Shown here in pieces: positions 1 to 9,895 of a stretch of 64,000 nt of DNA. The first letter of the stretch is position 1, and each line of letters starts with the position of its first letter. Both the position numbers and the translations under genes were made by a program. The DNA comes from an uncultured Erysipelotrichaceae bacterium. GTDB taxonomy: Bacteria > Bacillota_I > Bacilli_A > RF39 > UBA660. Under the pieces are notes generated by a model. That model did not search any database. It had not been told where the DNA came from and worked only from the letters and a program-made list of their open reading frames with translations. The stretch is from assembly GCA_902798815.1 (NCBI GenBank), contig CADBYH010000001.1:5554-69553 (forward strand), in the 5' to 3' direction.

Positions 1-1
1 A

Positions 2-1444
2 ATGATTGCTACATATTTATTAGACTATGTTGTAAAAGATGATATTAGTTACGTAGCAAGAAGTTTTGATTACTCACTAAAAGAATATGAAGAACTATTT
101 GGTACAGATAAAAGACCAAAAGAAATATCCGATGATATATTAAAAGAAGAAGTATGTGAAAAAGCAAAGTTTATTTATGAAACTAGAAAACAGATACTAG
201 AAAAATTGAAAGAAGAAGGAGAAGAAGAACTATTTACCAAAATTGAGATGCCTCTAACAAGTGTTTTAGCCGATATGGAATTAACAGGTATCAAAGTAGA
301 TAAAAACTATTTAGAACAAGTTCAAAATGAACTAAAAGATAAACTAGATACTGCAAGCGAAGAAATATATGAACTTGCTGGAAAAGAATTCAATATTATG
401 AGTCCATCTCAATTAGGTATAGTTTTGTTTGATGATTTACAAATTAAATATCCAAAGAGAATAAAGGATAATAAAAAGTATTCTACAAACAAAGAAATAT
501 TAGATAAAATAAAAAATGATCATCCAATTGTTAATAAGATTCTTGAATATAGAACGATAGCAAAGATTTATACAAACTATGCAATAGGTTTACAAGAAGA
601 GATTAGAAGTGATCAAAGGATTCATACAATTTTTACACAAACATTAACTAGAACGGGAAGATTATCAAGTATAGAACCAAATTTACAAAACATTCCTGCA
701 AGAAGTGAGTATTCATCAGTTATTAGAAGAGCATTTGTTCCAGATGATGATTCAGTAATACTATCAAGTGATTATTCACAAGTTGAATTAAGAATATTTG
801 CACATATCTCAAAAGAAAAAAATCTTATTCAAGCATTTGTCGAAGATAAAGATATTCACACAAAAACTGCATCAGATATCTTTCATGTTCCTATGTCTGA
901 AGTAACAAAGGATATGAGAAGAAATGCTAAAGCGGTAAATTTTGGGATATTATATGGAATAAGTGGTTTTGGTTTATCAGAAGATTTAGGTATTGACATA
1001 AAAACAGCAAAGAACTTTATTGATAATTATCTAGAAACATATCCTGGAATTACAAAATATATGGAACAAGAAAAACAAAATGCATATAAATATGGTTATG
1101 TTAAGACTTTAATGAATAGAAAAAGAGTCATAGAAGAATTAAAGAGTAAAAACTACATTATAAGAAGTGCTGGTGAAAGAATTGCCCTAAATACTCCAAT
1201 TCAAGGAACTGCTGCTGATATTTTGAAAAAAGCAATGGTAGAAATATATGATGAATTTAATAAACGAAACTTAAAGAGTAAGATGTTAATTCAAGTACAC
1301 GATGAATTAGTATTTAATGTTCTAAAAGATGAATTAGATATTGTAAAGAAAATTGTACGTGATATTATGGAAAATACGTTCAAATTAGATGTTCCACTAA
1401 AAGTAGATATAGAAGTTGGAAATAACTGGTTTGAAGCAAAGTAG
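2..1444 (+). CDS. polA: DNA polymerase I, C-terminal polymerase domain (5-prime partial at window edge)
   Basis: The ORF is open to nt 2 with no start codon. Family A polymerase motifs are present: DYSQVELR (motif A), RRNAKAVNFGILYG (motif B) and QVHDELVF (motif C). Confidence 0.95.
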   Translation: MIATYLLDYVVKDDISYVARSFDYSLKEYEELFGTDKRPKEISDDILKEEVCEKAKFIYETRKQILEKLKEEGEEELFTKIEMPLTSVLADMELTGIKVDKNYLEQVQNELKDKLDTASEEIYELAGKEFNIMSPSQLGIVLFDDLQIKYPKRIKDNKKYSTNKEILDKIKNDHPIVNKILEYRTIAKIYTNYAIGLQEEIRSDQRIHTIFTQTLTRTGRLSSIEPNLQNIPARSEYSSVIRRAFVPDDDSVILSSDYSQVELRIFAHISKEKNLIQAFVEDKDIHTKTASDIFHVPMSEVTKDMRRNAKAVNFGILYGISGFGLSEDLGIDIKTAKNFIDNYLETYPGITKYMEQEKQNAYKYGYVKTLMNRKRVIEELKSKNYIIRSAGERIALNTPIQGTAADILKKAMVEIYDEFNKRNLKSKMLIQVHDELVFNVLKDELDIVKKIVRDIMENTFKLDVPLKVDIEVGNNWFEAK

Positions 1445-1452
1445 GTGATAAT

Positions 1453-2274
1453 ATGCCTGAAAAGCCTGAAGTAATAACAGTTGTTAAAAATTTAATACCT
1501 GAAATAGTTCATAAAGAAATAACTGGTTGTAATGTATATTGGGATAATATAATTGCAACTCCAAGTGTTGTTAATTTTAAAAAAAATATAATTGGTCAAA
1601 GAATAAATGGAATTACTACTAGAGGAAAATTTATTGTTATTGAACTTGACGATTATTCACTCTTAATTCATTTAAGAATGGAAGGAAAATTCTTCTTTAG
1701 AAAACAAAATGATCCAATCACCAAACATGAACACGTTGAACTTATTTTAGATAACAATATTAGTTTTAGATTTCATGATGTTAGAAAATTTGGGAAAATG
1801 TACCTTATAAAGAAAGAAGACACATATAAAGTAAAACCATTGTCAGACTTAGGTTTAGAATATAACGATTCAAATTTAACTGGAGAATATTTAATAGATA
1901 AATTTAAAACAAAAAAACTACCAATAAAAACTGTATTGCTTGATCAAGCAATTATTACAGGAATAGGGAATATATATGATGATGAAATATTGTTTATGAG
2001 TAAAATTAATCCCTATAAAAGAGCATGTGATTTATCTATTAAAGAATGTGATAGTATTATTAAAAATACTAGAATAGTGTTAGAAAAAGCAATAAAACTA
2101 GGAGGAACCACTATAAAAAGTTTTACCTCATCAGAAGGTGTACATGGACTATTTCAAAATGAACTATTAGTTCATGGTAAGGGAGGAGAAAAATGTCCTA
2201 ATTGTGGTTGTATATTGCTTAAAACAAAGATTAATGGAAGAGGAACACATTATTGTGAAAAGTGTCAAAAATAG
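1453..2274 (+). CDS. mutM: formamidopyrimidine-DNA glycosylase
   Basis: It starts MPEKPEV, the Fpg N-terminal catalytic Pro/Glu signature. It has a C-terminal zinc finger (CPNCG...HYCEKC) and a typical length of 273 aa. Confidence 0.9.
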   Translation: MPEKPEVITVVKNLIPEIVHKEITGCNVYWDNIIATPSVVNFKKNIIGQRINGITTRGKFIVIELDDYSLLIHLRMEGKFFFRKQNDPITKHEHVELILDNNISFRFHDVRKFGKMYLIKKEDTYKVKPLSDLGLEYNDSNLTGEYLIDKFKTKKLPIKTVLLDQAIITGIGNIYDDEILFMSKINPYKRACDLSIKECDSIIKNTRIVLEKAIKLGGTTIKSFTSSEGVHGLFQNELLVHGKGGEKCPNCGCILLKTKINGRGTHYCEKCQK

Positions 2275-2276
2275 TC

Positions 2277-2306
2277 AAGAATAAGTTTGTACTTATTCTT
2301 TTTTTA
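2277..2306 (+). terminator. Rho-independent terminator after mutM
   Basis: Stem AAGAATAAGT / ACTTATTCTT with loop TTGT, followed by a T-run. Confidence 0.7.
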
Positions 2307-2349
2307 CACTTATATTGATATAATCATTATAGGAGTGTGAGACTTTTAT

Positions 2350-3759
2350 ATGAAAAAAACTAAAGTAATATGTAGTATTGGACCATCATGTATGAATGAA
2401 GAAGTACTACAACAAATGGTATTAAATGGTATGGATTGCGCTAGAATCAATTTATCTCATGTAAAAAGAGAAGATATTGAAAATATAATTAACTTAATCA
2501 GAGTAACAAGAATTAATACTGGTGTACCAATTGCTATTATGTATGATACAAAAGGACCAGAATTTAGAACCCTAGAATTTGAAAACAATGGTATAAGTAT
2601 TAAAACAGGTGAAACTATAAAAATGGTAAAAAAGAATGTAATTGGTAATAAAGAAGCATTCTCTGTTAATCATCCAGAAGCAATAGATTATATTGATGTA
2701 GGTAGTCATGTCTTAATAGACAACGCATTACTTAATTTAGAAGTTATAGATAAACAAAACGATCATATACTATTAAAAGCTCTAAATGATGGAGAAATAT
2801 GCCGACACAAAACAATTAATGTACCAGGAATAGATTTGAATTTGACTTCCATAAGTGAAGTAGATAAAGATGACATTGCCTTTGCAACAACTCATTCTTG
2901 TGATTATTTAGCATTGTCTTTTGTAAATAATAAAGAGGATGTTTTAACAGCAAGAAAGTTAATTCAAGAATCTGGTGGAGAAGCAATGATTATTTCAAAA
3001 ATAGAGAATAAAACAGGAATAGATAATATAGATGAAATAATATCTGTAAGTGACGGAATAATGATTGCAAGAGGTGATCTAGGTGTTGAAATACCAATGG
3101 AAAGTTTACCAGTTGTTCAAAAAGAAATAATAACAAAATGTAGAGAACAGGGTAAATTTGCCATAGTTGCTACTGAAATGCTAGCATCAATGTATACAAA
3201 TCCAAGACCAACCAGAGCAGAAGTATCAGATATAGCAAGTGCTGTAATAGATGGAACAGACTGTGTTATGCTATCAGGAGAAACAACTATAGGTAAATAT
3301 CCAGCTGAGTCTGTTGAATATATGTCTAGAATATGTGAATATATTGAATCAACTATTGATTACTCAGCAAGCATTGAATATAAAGGACCGGTAGAAATAT
3401 CTGATACAATTGCCAAATTAGTAGAAGAATCTGTTTTATATGATAATGGTATTAAAATGATTGTAACTGCAACAATCAGTGGCTTTACAGCAAGAAAAAT
3501 AAGTAATTTAAGACCAAATTGTATTATATTAGCTATTTGTCCATCAAGTCATATCGCTGAAAAAGTTGCATTAAATTTTGGTGTAAAAACAATTATTACA
3601 GAAACAGTATTCAGAAGTATGGAAGAATTAGTTTATGAAGCAAATAATTTAGCACGAGATGTATTTAATATGGTTCCAGGAGACAAGGTAGTCATAACTG
3701 GAGGTTTCCCATTTGGCCAAACAAGAAATACAAACTTTATCAGAATAGAAAGCATATAA
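2350..3759 (+). CDS. pyk: pyruvate kinase
   Basis: N-terminal TKVICSIGP, then MIARGDLGVEIP and CVMLSGETT motifs. Full-length at 469 aa, including the C-terminal regulatory domain. Confidence 0.93.
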   Translation: MKKTKVICSIGPSCMNEEVLQQMVLNGMDCARINLSHVKREDIENIINLIRVTRINTGVPIAIMYDTKGPEFRTLEFENNGISIKTGETIKMVKKNVIGNKEAFSVNHPEAIDYIDVGSHVLIDNALLNLEVIDKQNDHILLKALNDGEICRHKTINVPGIDLNLTSISEVDKDDIAFATTHSCDYLALSFVNNKEDVLTARKLIQESGGEAMIISKIENKTGIDNIDEIISVSDGIMIARGDLGVEIPMESLPVVQKEIITKCREQGKFAIVATEMLASMYTNPRPTRAEVSDIASAVIDGTDCVMLSGETTIGKYPAESVEYMSRICEYIESTIDYSASIEYKGPVEISDTIAKLVEESVLYDNGIKMIVTATISGFTARKISNLRPNCIILAICPSSHIAEKVALNFGVKTIITETVFRSMEELVYEANNLARDVFNMVPGDKVVITGGFPFGQTRNTNFIRIESI

Positions 3760-3790
3760 AAAATATTGTTCATTTGAACAATATTTTTTT
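3760..3790. terminator. bidirectional terminator between convergent pyk and gmk
   Basis: Near-perfect palindrome AAAATATTGTTCA TT TGAACAATATTTT, flanked by an A-run on one side and a T-run on the other. Confidence 0.75.
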
Positions 3791-4482
3791 TATATCTTAT
3801 CAGCAATTCCAGTATTATCAAATTCATCATTTATTAACATCTCATGAATCTCTTCTTCCTTAGTATCAAGGAAAACTTCTTCAATACGATCAACTCTACA
3901 TTTTTCAGCTTTAATTATAGATTCAATTTTATCTACAGCATTTTCTATTTCATCATTAACGACGACATAGTTATATTTTGTTACTTCATTAACCTCTTTA
4001 TATGCAGCATTAAATCTTTTTATTATTTTTTCATTAGTTTCAGTACCACGACCTTTAAGTCTTTTAACTAACTCTTTTAATGATGGTGGCATAATAAATA
4101 TAAATAAAGCTTCAGGAATAAGTTTTTTAATATTATTAGCTCCTTCAATCTCTATTTCTAATATTACATCTATACCTTTTTTAATTTTATCTTTTATAAA
4201 CTCTCTAGGGGTACCATAGAAATTTCCTGCATAGTTTGTATATTCTAAGAAATAGTCTTCTTTAATTTTATCTTTAAACTCTTTTTCTGATAGATAATAG
4301 TAATTAACACCATCAATTTCTCCTTTTCTAGGTTTTCTACTAGTAGCAGAAACAGATAACCATCTATTACTTGAATCATTTTTTAATAGCTCTTTTATAA
4401 TAGTTCCTTTACCAGCGCCTGAAGGAGCACTAATAACAATAATTTGCCCAGTATTCTTTTTTCTAATCATTTGATTTATCAC
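3790..4482 (-). CDS. gmk: guanylate kinase
   Basis: P-loop ISAPSGAGKGT followed by SVSATSRKPRKGEIDGVNYYY. It has a short C-terminal extension relative to typical Gmk proteins of about 205 aa. Confidence 0.9.
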   Translation of the reverse strand: MINQMIRKKNTGQIIVISAPSGAGKGTIIKELLKNDSSNRWLSVSATSRKPRKGEIDGVNYYYLSEKEFKDKIKEDYFLEYTNYAGNFYGTPREFIKDKIKKGIDVILEIEIEGANNIKKLIPEALFIFIMPPSLKELVKRLKGRGTETNEKIIKRFNAAYKEVNEVTKYNYVVVNDEIENAVDKIESIIKAEKCRVDRIEEVFLDTKEEEIHEMLINDEFDNTGIADKI

Positions 4483-5608
4483 CTCTATAAATTATTCTAT
4501 TAAATTCTTTCTTTACCAAATTATCATTTGTAATAATATCATAAATCTTTGTGGTTTCTATTTCATAGTCCAACATTGAGTCTTTTTCTCTAGTTATTTT
4601 ACTAATAATAGGAACATCTATTTCTTTTTTAATTTTATTTAAGTAATTTCTTCCTTTATTATCAAATCCTAATATCCTAATATACTTAATTTTCTTAAAA
4701 CTATTTGCTTTATCTTTAGTAAAATCACATAATATATGTATTAACATTCTACGTATTTTATTATAAGTATAACGTTTACTTTTAATAGCCATAATAAGTT
4801 CATCAACACTTTTAACATCATTAATAACTTTTTTAAGTTTCTTATCAATGCCTTCATCTATAGTTTGATAAATTGATAAATCCTCAGTTATAATTTTATA
4901 TTTTAAAATGTTAAAATAGTCTTCTAAAAAATGCATATTATTAAAATATTCAATTTCCATATCAGGAACATAACCATTAATTGATTTACCTTCTTTTAGT
5001 GCCTTTCTAATTGCAGAAGCACTACCTAAATCATTTAAATCATTATTATGATAATTATCAAGTCTTTTTATTGTTTCATATTTTATATCAAATTTATTTT
5101 CTAAAATAGTTTTTATATAACTCACTCCAAGTAGATCATTCGGAGTAATTATTTTTTTATTAGTTAAATCAAATATTGCATTAGATATTGCAGTAGGGTA
5201 GTTGTTTCCCAATTTTGAATATATTTTAACTAATTTATCAAAATCTTCATTATCAAGTTGTGTTTTAGCAATTATCTCTAAAGTATTAATATCATCAGAT
5301 TCACTTCCAAATATAATTTTATCTACTTTTAATTTATTTAAGATACATAATGCTCCATAACTAAAAAAATCAGCAGATTGAGTAGCGAATGAAAAAGGTA
5401 GTTCTATTACTAAATTAACCCCCATATTTAAGGCAATTTCACATCTTTTCCATTTGTCTATAATTGAGACATCTCCTCTTTGTGTAAAATTACCATTCAT
5501 AACTAAAACGATTGCATAGTCAGGATATTTTTCTTTAATAGTATTTAAATGATATAAATGACCATTTGTAAAAGGATTATATTCTGCAATAATACCTATA
5601 CTCTTCAT
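4463..5608 (-). CDS. tmcAL: nucleotidyltransferase of the UPF0348 / tRNA(Met) cytidine acetate ligase family
   Basis: N-terminal HIGH-like motif GIIAEYNPFTNGHLYHL. The 381-aa length and layout match this family. Overlaps gmk by 20 nt. Confidence 0.7.
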   Translation of the reverse strand: MKSIGIIAEYNPFTNGHLYHLNTIKEKYPDYAIVLVMNGNFTQRGDVSIIDKWKRCEIALNMGVNLVIELPFSFATQSADFFSYGALCILNKLKVDKIIFGSESDDINTLEIIAKTQLDNEDFDKLVKIYSKLGNNYPTAISNAIFDLTNKKIITPNDLLGVSYIKTILENKFDIKYETIKRLDNYHNNDLNDLGSASAIRKALKEGKSINGYVPDMEIEYFNNMHFLEDYFNILKYKIITEDLSIYQTIDEGIDKKLKKVINDVKSVDELIMAIKSKRYTYNKIRRMLIHILCDFTKDKANSFKKIKYIRILGFDNKGRNYLNKIKKEIDVPIISKITREKDSMLDYEIETTKIYDIITNDNLVKKEFNRIIYRGDKSND

Positions 5609-5804
5609 AATATCCCTCTTTTCTTTGACATGTATTTTATCATAATTCTGGAGTTTTTACAATTGTCTAAAACAATAACTTCTAAATGCTGTTATAATAT
5701 GTAAATGATATTAATAATATATAATGTAAAGTATGTGTTATTTGCATAAAATTATAATAAATAGTATGTAAATATGATATAATTTGTTTAAATGGAGGGA
5801 TTAG

Positions 5805-6881
5805 ATGAAAGTTATTATTGTAGCTGGTGGAACAGGTGGACACATCTATCCCGCAATGGCAATTATTAGAAAGATAAAAGAAAAAGAAAAAGATTCAAAA
5901 TTTTTATATATAGGAACAACAGATAGAATGGAAAAAGACATTATTCCAAAAATGGGAATTGATTTTGTTGGAATTGAGATGACCGGATTAAATAGAAAGA
6001 ATATATTTTCAAACTTTAAAGTGTTTAAAAGATTTAAACAAGCGGTTAAAAAAGCAGAAGAAGAAATAAAAAAATTTAAACCTGATATTGTTATAGGAGC
6101 AGGAGGATATATTACTGCACCAGTTTTATATGCTGCACATAAATTGAATGTTCCAACACTAATTCATGAGCAAAATTCAATACCAGGAATATCTAATAAA
6201 TTTATCAGTAATTTTGCAGATAGAATTTGTGTTTCACTTCCAAATAGTATGAAACTATTTCCTAAAGATAAAGTATGTTATACAGGAAATCCAAGAAGTG
6301 AAGAAATTATCAATGTAAAAGCATTAAAAAAGAGTAAAATTGGTTTTTCTGAAAACAAAAAACTAGTTGTTGTTGTAATGGGATCATTAGGAAGTACAAC
6401 CATGACTAAAAAAATAAAAGAATTAATACCAGGTTTTAATGATAAGAATTATCAAGTGTTAATCATAACTGGAAAAGCATATTATGATGATTATAAAGAT
6501 CTTAAAATAAATGATAACGTTCAAATAGTTCCATTTATGGATAATTTAATAAATTTGCTTAAAGATACTGATTTAATTATATCAAGAGCAGGAGCATCAA
6601 CAATATCAGAAATAACAGCAATCGGACTTCCTGCAATATTAGTACCATCACCATATGTTACTAATAATCATCAGTATAAAAACGCCAAAGAATTATCTGA
6701 CAGTGGAGCATGTATCATTGTAAGTGAAGAAGAATTCTCAAAAGAAAGAATAATTAAAGAAATTGATAAATTATTTGATAATAAAGAAGCATATGAGGAA
6801 ATGTCTAAAAACAGTAGAAAACTAGGTATAGATGATTCTGCAACAAGAATATATGAAGAAGCTAGAAAGATAATTAGGTGA
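5805..6881 (+). CDS. murG: undecaprenyldiphospho-muramoylpentapeptide beta-N-acetylglucosaminyltransferase
   Basis: N-terminal AGGTGGHIYPA motif, a GT28 two-domain layout and an RAGASTISE motif. RBS GGAGGG lies upstream. Confidence 0.92.
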   Translation: MKVIIVAGGTGGHIYPAMAIIRKIKEKEKDSKFLYIGTTDRMEKDIIPKMGIDFVGIEMTGLNRKNIFSNFKVFKRFKQAVKKAEEEIKKFKPDIVIGAGGYITAPVLYAAHKLNVPTLIHEQNSIPGISNKFISNFADRICVSLPNSMKLFPKDKVCYTGNPRSEEIINVKALKKSKIGFSENKKLVVVVMGSLGSTTMTKKIKELIPGFNDKNYQVLIITGKAYYDDYKDLKINDNVQIVPFMDNLINLLKDTDLIISRAGASTISEITAIGLPAILVPSPYVTNNHQYKNAKELSDSGACIIVSEEEFSKERIIKEIDKLFDNKEAYEEMSKNSRKLGIDDSATRIYEEARKIIR

Positions 6882-6887
6882 TTGATA

Positions 6888-7796
6888 ATGGATAAAATTA
6901 TTGAATTAATAAAAGAAAAAAATATAGGAAAAATTGAAGAAAATGTATCATTAAAAAAATATACTACCTATTGTTCAGGAGGAAAAGCAAGAGCAATAGT
7001 ATATCCTAAAGATATTCCATCATTAGTTGAATTATTAAAAATAATTAAAGAAAATAAAATTAAAAGTAAAATAATAGGTAATGGTTCAAATCTATTATTT
7101 AGTGATAAATTGTATGATGGGATTTTAATTAAATTAAATGAATTTAATAAAATAAAATTTATAGGAAAAAATAAAGTACGTGTTGGAGCAGGATATCCAT
7201 TAATAAAACTAAGTTTACAAACAGCAAAAAAATCACTTACAGGACTAGAATTTGCATCAGGAATTCCTGGTAGTGTAGGTGGAGCAGTATACATGAATGC
7301 TGGTGCATATAAATCAGATATGGGATATGTTGTTGAAAGTGTAAAAGTATTAACTCCAGAACTAAAAATAATAAATTTAGTTAATAAAGAATTAGATTTT
7401 CATTATAGATCATCATTTCTTCAGAAACATCCAGGATATATTTGTTTAGAAGTACTTATTCAATTAAAAAATGGTAAAAGAGAAGCAATAGAAGAAGTTA
7501 TCAAAGAAAGAAGAAAAAGAAGAATTGAATCTCAACCATTAGAATACCCTAGTGCTGGAAGTGTTTTTAGAAATCCTGAAGATAATTATGCAGGCAAGTT
7601 AATAGAAGATTGCGGCATCAAAGGTTTAAAACATGGTGGAGCAATGATAAGTGAAAAACATGCAAATTTCATTGTTAATTATAAAAATGCTAAAAGTAGT
7701 GATATAAAATATTTAATAGATTTAGCACATGACAAAGTATTAGAAAACTATGGAATAGATATGAAAATAGAACAAGAATTTGTAAATTGGGAGTAG
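6888..7796 (+). CDS. murB: UDP-N-acetylenolpyruvoylglucosamine reductase
   Basis: FAD-binding domain motifs (GGKARAIV, IGNGSNLL) and C-terminal PSAGSVFRNP. The ORF track starts at a TTG at 6882. The ATG at 6888 has better spacing from the RBS AGGTGA. Confidence 0.9.
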   Translation: MDKIIELIKEKNIGKIEENVSLKKYTTYCSGGKARAIVYPKDIPSLVELLKIIKENKIKSKIIGNGSNLLFSDKLYDGILIKLNEFNKIKFIGKNKVRVGAGYPLIKLSLQTAKKSLTGLEFASGIPGSVGGAVYMNAGAYKSDMGYVVESVKVLTPELKIINLVNKELDFHYRSSFLQKHPGYICLEVLIQLKNGKREAIEEVIKERRKRRIESQPLEYPSAGSVFRNPEDNYAGKLIEDCGIKGLKHGGAMISEKHANFIVNYKNAKSSDIKYLIDLAHDKVLENYGIDMKIEQEFVNWE

Positions 7797-7798
7797 TT

Positions 7799-8488
7799 AT
7801 GGCAAAAAAAGTAGTCAAAAAAACTAAAATAAAATTATTTAGTTTATTAATAGTTCTTTTAGTTTTAACAGGACTATTTTTTGGCGTTAAATGTATTTTA
7901 AATGCTAGAACAAAAAATATTATTGTTAAAGGAACTACCTATTTAAAAGATGATTATATCCTTGAACTAGCAGGTGTAAAAAACTACCCGGGTTTTATTT
8001 CTTTAAATACCTGGAAATGTGAAAAGAAATTAAATAAATCAGATTACATTTCTAAATCGAAAATAAAAAAGAAACTTAATTTTACATTGGAACTAATTAT
8101 TAATGAAAATAAACCATTATTTTATGATACAAATACAAACAAATATGTATTATCAAATAATGAAACCGCAAAAGAAGATAATGTAAATATTAATTTTAGA
8201 ATTCCACGTTTATTAAACTATGTTCCTGATAAAAAATATGAGAAATTTAAACTTGGAATGAATAAGATTGAGAAAAACACATTATCAAAAATAAGTGATA
8301 TTGAATATAAACCAAATGATTATGATAAAGATAGATTCTTACTATATATGGATGATGGGAATTTAGTCTATTTAACTCTAACAAAATTTAAATTAATAAA
8401 TCACTATAATGAAGTAGTAACTCAATTAGAAGGACATAAAGGAATTCTTTACCTAGATAGTGGAAATCATTTTCAAATAATGGAATAA
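7799..8488 (+). CDS. divIB: cell division protein DivIB/FtsQ
   Basis: One N-terminal TM helix followed by a POTRA-like segment (IIVKGTTYLKDDYILELAGV), located after murB. The ATG at 7799 follows RBS GGGAG; the alternative ATG is at 7787. Confidence 0.7.
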   Translation: MAKKVVKKTKIKLFSLLIVLLVLTGLFFGVKCILNARTKNIIVKGTTYLKDDYILELAGVKNYPGFISLNTWKCEKKLNKSDYISKSKIKKKLNFTLELIINENKPLFYDTNTNKYVLSNNETAKEDNVNINFRIPRLLNYVPDKKYEKFKLGMNKIEKNTLSKISDIEYKPNDYDKDRFLLYMDDGNLVYLTLTKFKLINHYNEVVTQLEGHKGILYLDSGNHFQIME

Positions 8489-8537
8489 TATTTTATTATT
8501 TCTTTTTTTTTGATATTATATTTATAGGAGAATAAAT

Positions 8538-9881
8538 ATGAGTAAAGAGTATTTGAAATATATATTTTTATTTATTTATTATTTTGTATGTCTAACTACA
8601 GTTTATTTTGTGTTTAGAATGGATGCTTATAGTAATTATGCCTTTAGTTATGGTATAGTAACAGGTAGTATTCCATATATAGATTTTAACCCGATAGTAC
8701 CACTATTTGGTCCGTTTCTATATAGTGTATTATTAATATTTAATCATTCAATAATTGTTTTTTATTTAGAACAAACAATTCTTTTATTAATAATGACATA
8801 TCTATTATTTAAGATATTAGATGAGAAAGCATGGATAGTAGTAGTATGTTTATTTTCACCATTAATAATTCCATTTGCTTATTGCTTATTTCCAGGATAT
8901 AACTTTCTAATATTATTTGAATTAGTATTATTACTATATCTAAATAAGTATAATAAAAGTGATAAATTAATAGGATTAGTATCAGGAATAACTATTATTA
9001 CTAAACATAACATAGGTATATTTATATTTTTAATTAGTTTACTTTTTAGTATTAAAGATAAAAAAAAATTATTAAATAGATTTTTATTTGGATTAATTCC
9101 AGGAGTATCGTTTTTATTTATAATACTTTTATATGGAAATCTATATGAATTTATAGATTTATGCTTGCTTGGAACATCTGATTTTATAAATAATATAACC
9201 ATAGACTTAATGTCTTTAGTATTATTAATAATATTTATAGTAGTAATGGTTATAAAGTTTATTAAAGATAAGAATAAAAATATAAGTTACTTTTATTTAT
9301 TAACGTATCTATTAGTGGTATTCCCATTATTTGATACCTATCATGTTTCTTTATTTTTAATGTTTTTGGTAATAGTATTTTTATATAATAGTAATTTTAG
9401 TATTAAGAATAAATATATACCAATAATATCATTTGTAATAATAAATATATTTATAGTTTTTTGGTTTATGTTGGGAATAGATTATTATAAAAGATTTAGA
9501 ATATATAATTACAATAATTTTGAAATAGTGTTATTAGAAAAGAAGGAAAAGGAAAATGTTGATAACTTAAATAAATATCTAAAAAATAAAAATTATACTA
9601 TTATAAGTATTCCTTCCAAAACTACATTTTTATTAATTTCTAATAATAAAAAGGTTGATATTTTTTTAGTACTTTTTAGAGGTAATTATGGAAGTAAAGG
9701 AAAATATAAGGTTATGGAGAAAATAAATAATAAAAAAGATTATTATTTTGTAGTAGATACTAGCATTAATTGTAAAGGTAAAGAGAATTGCCAATATTTA
9801 GAAGAAATACAAGAATATATAAGAAAGAAATATAAATTAGTTAAAGAAATAGACTATTATAAAATTTATTATAAAAAGTAA
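8538..9881 (+). CDS. polytopic membrane protein, tandem paralog 1 of 5 (possible GT-C-like glycosyltransferase/polymerase)
   Basis: About 11-13 hydrophobic segments and a soluble C-terminal domain of about 110 aa. Shared family motifs: FSYGIVTGSIPYIDFNP, PGYNF, LIGLVSG..IITKHNIGI, LCLLG, DTYHVS, GNYGSKG, and a C-terminal YKIYYKK. Confidence 0.6.
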   Translation: MSKEYLKYIFLFIYYFVCLTTVYFVFRMDAYSNYAFSYGIVTGSIPYIDFNPIVPLFGPFLYSVLLIFNHSIIVFYLEQTILLLIMTYLLFKILDEKAWIVVVCLFSPLIIPFAYCLFPGYNFLILFELVLLLYLNKYNKSDKLIGLVSGITIITKHNIGIFIFLISLLFSIKDKKKLLNRFLFGLIPGVSFLFIILLYGNLYEFIDLCLLGTSDFINNITIDLMSLVLLIIFIVVMVIKFIKDKNKNISYFYLLTYLLVVFPLFDTYHVSLFLMFLVIVFLYNSNFSIKNKYIPIISFVIINIFIVFWFMLGIDYYKRFRIYNYNNFEIVLLEKKEKENVDNLNKYLKNKNYTIISIPSKTTFLLISNNKKVDIFLVLFRGNYGSKGKYKVMEKINNKKDYYFVVDTSINCKGKENCQYLEEIQEYIRKKYKLVKEIDYYKIYYKK

Positions 9882-9895
9882 ATGGAGGAGATAAT

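Noticed and set aside
3633-4071. ORFs 3633-3830 (-) and 3844-4071 (+)
   Set aside because: They are antisense to or overlapping pyk and gmk. Their translations are Phe/Ile/Asn-rich shadows typical of AT-rich DNA, and neither has an RBS.
6968-9202. ORFs 6968-7294 (-) and 8879-9202 (-)
   Set aside because: They are antisense shadows within murB and membrane paralog 1. No start context or motif supports them.
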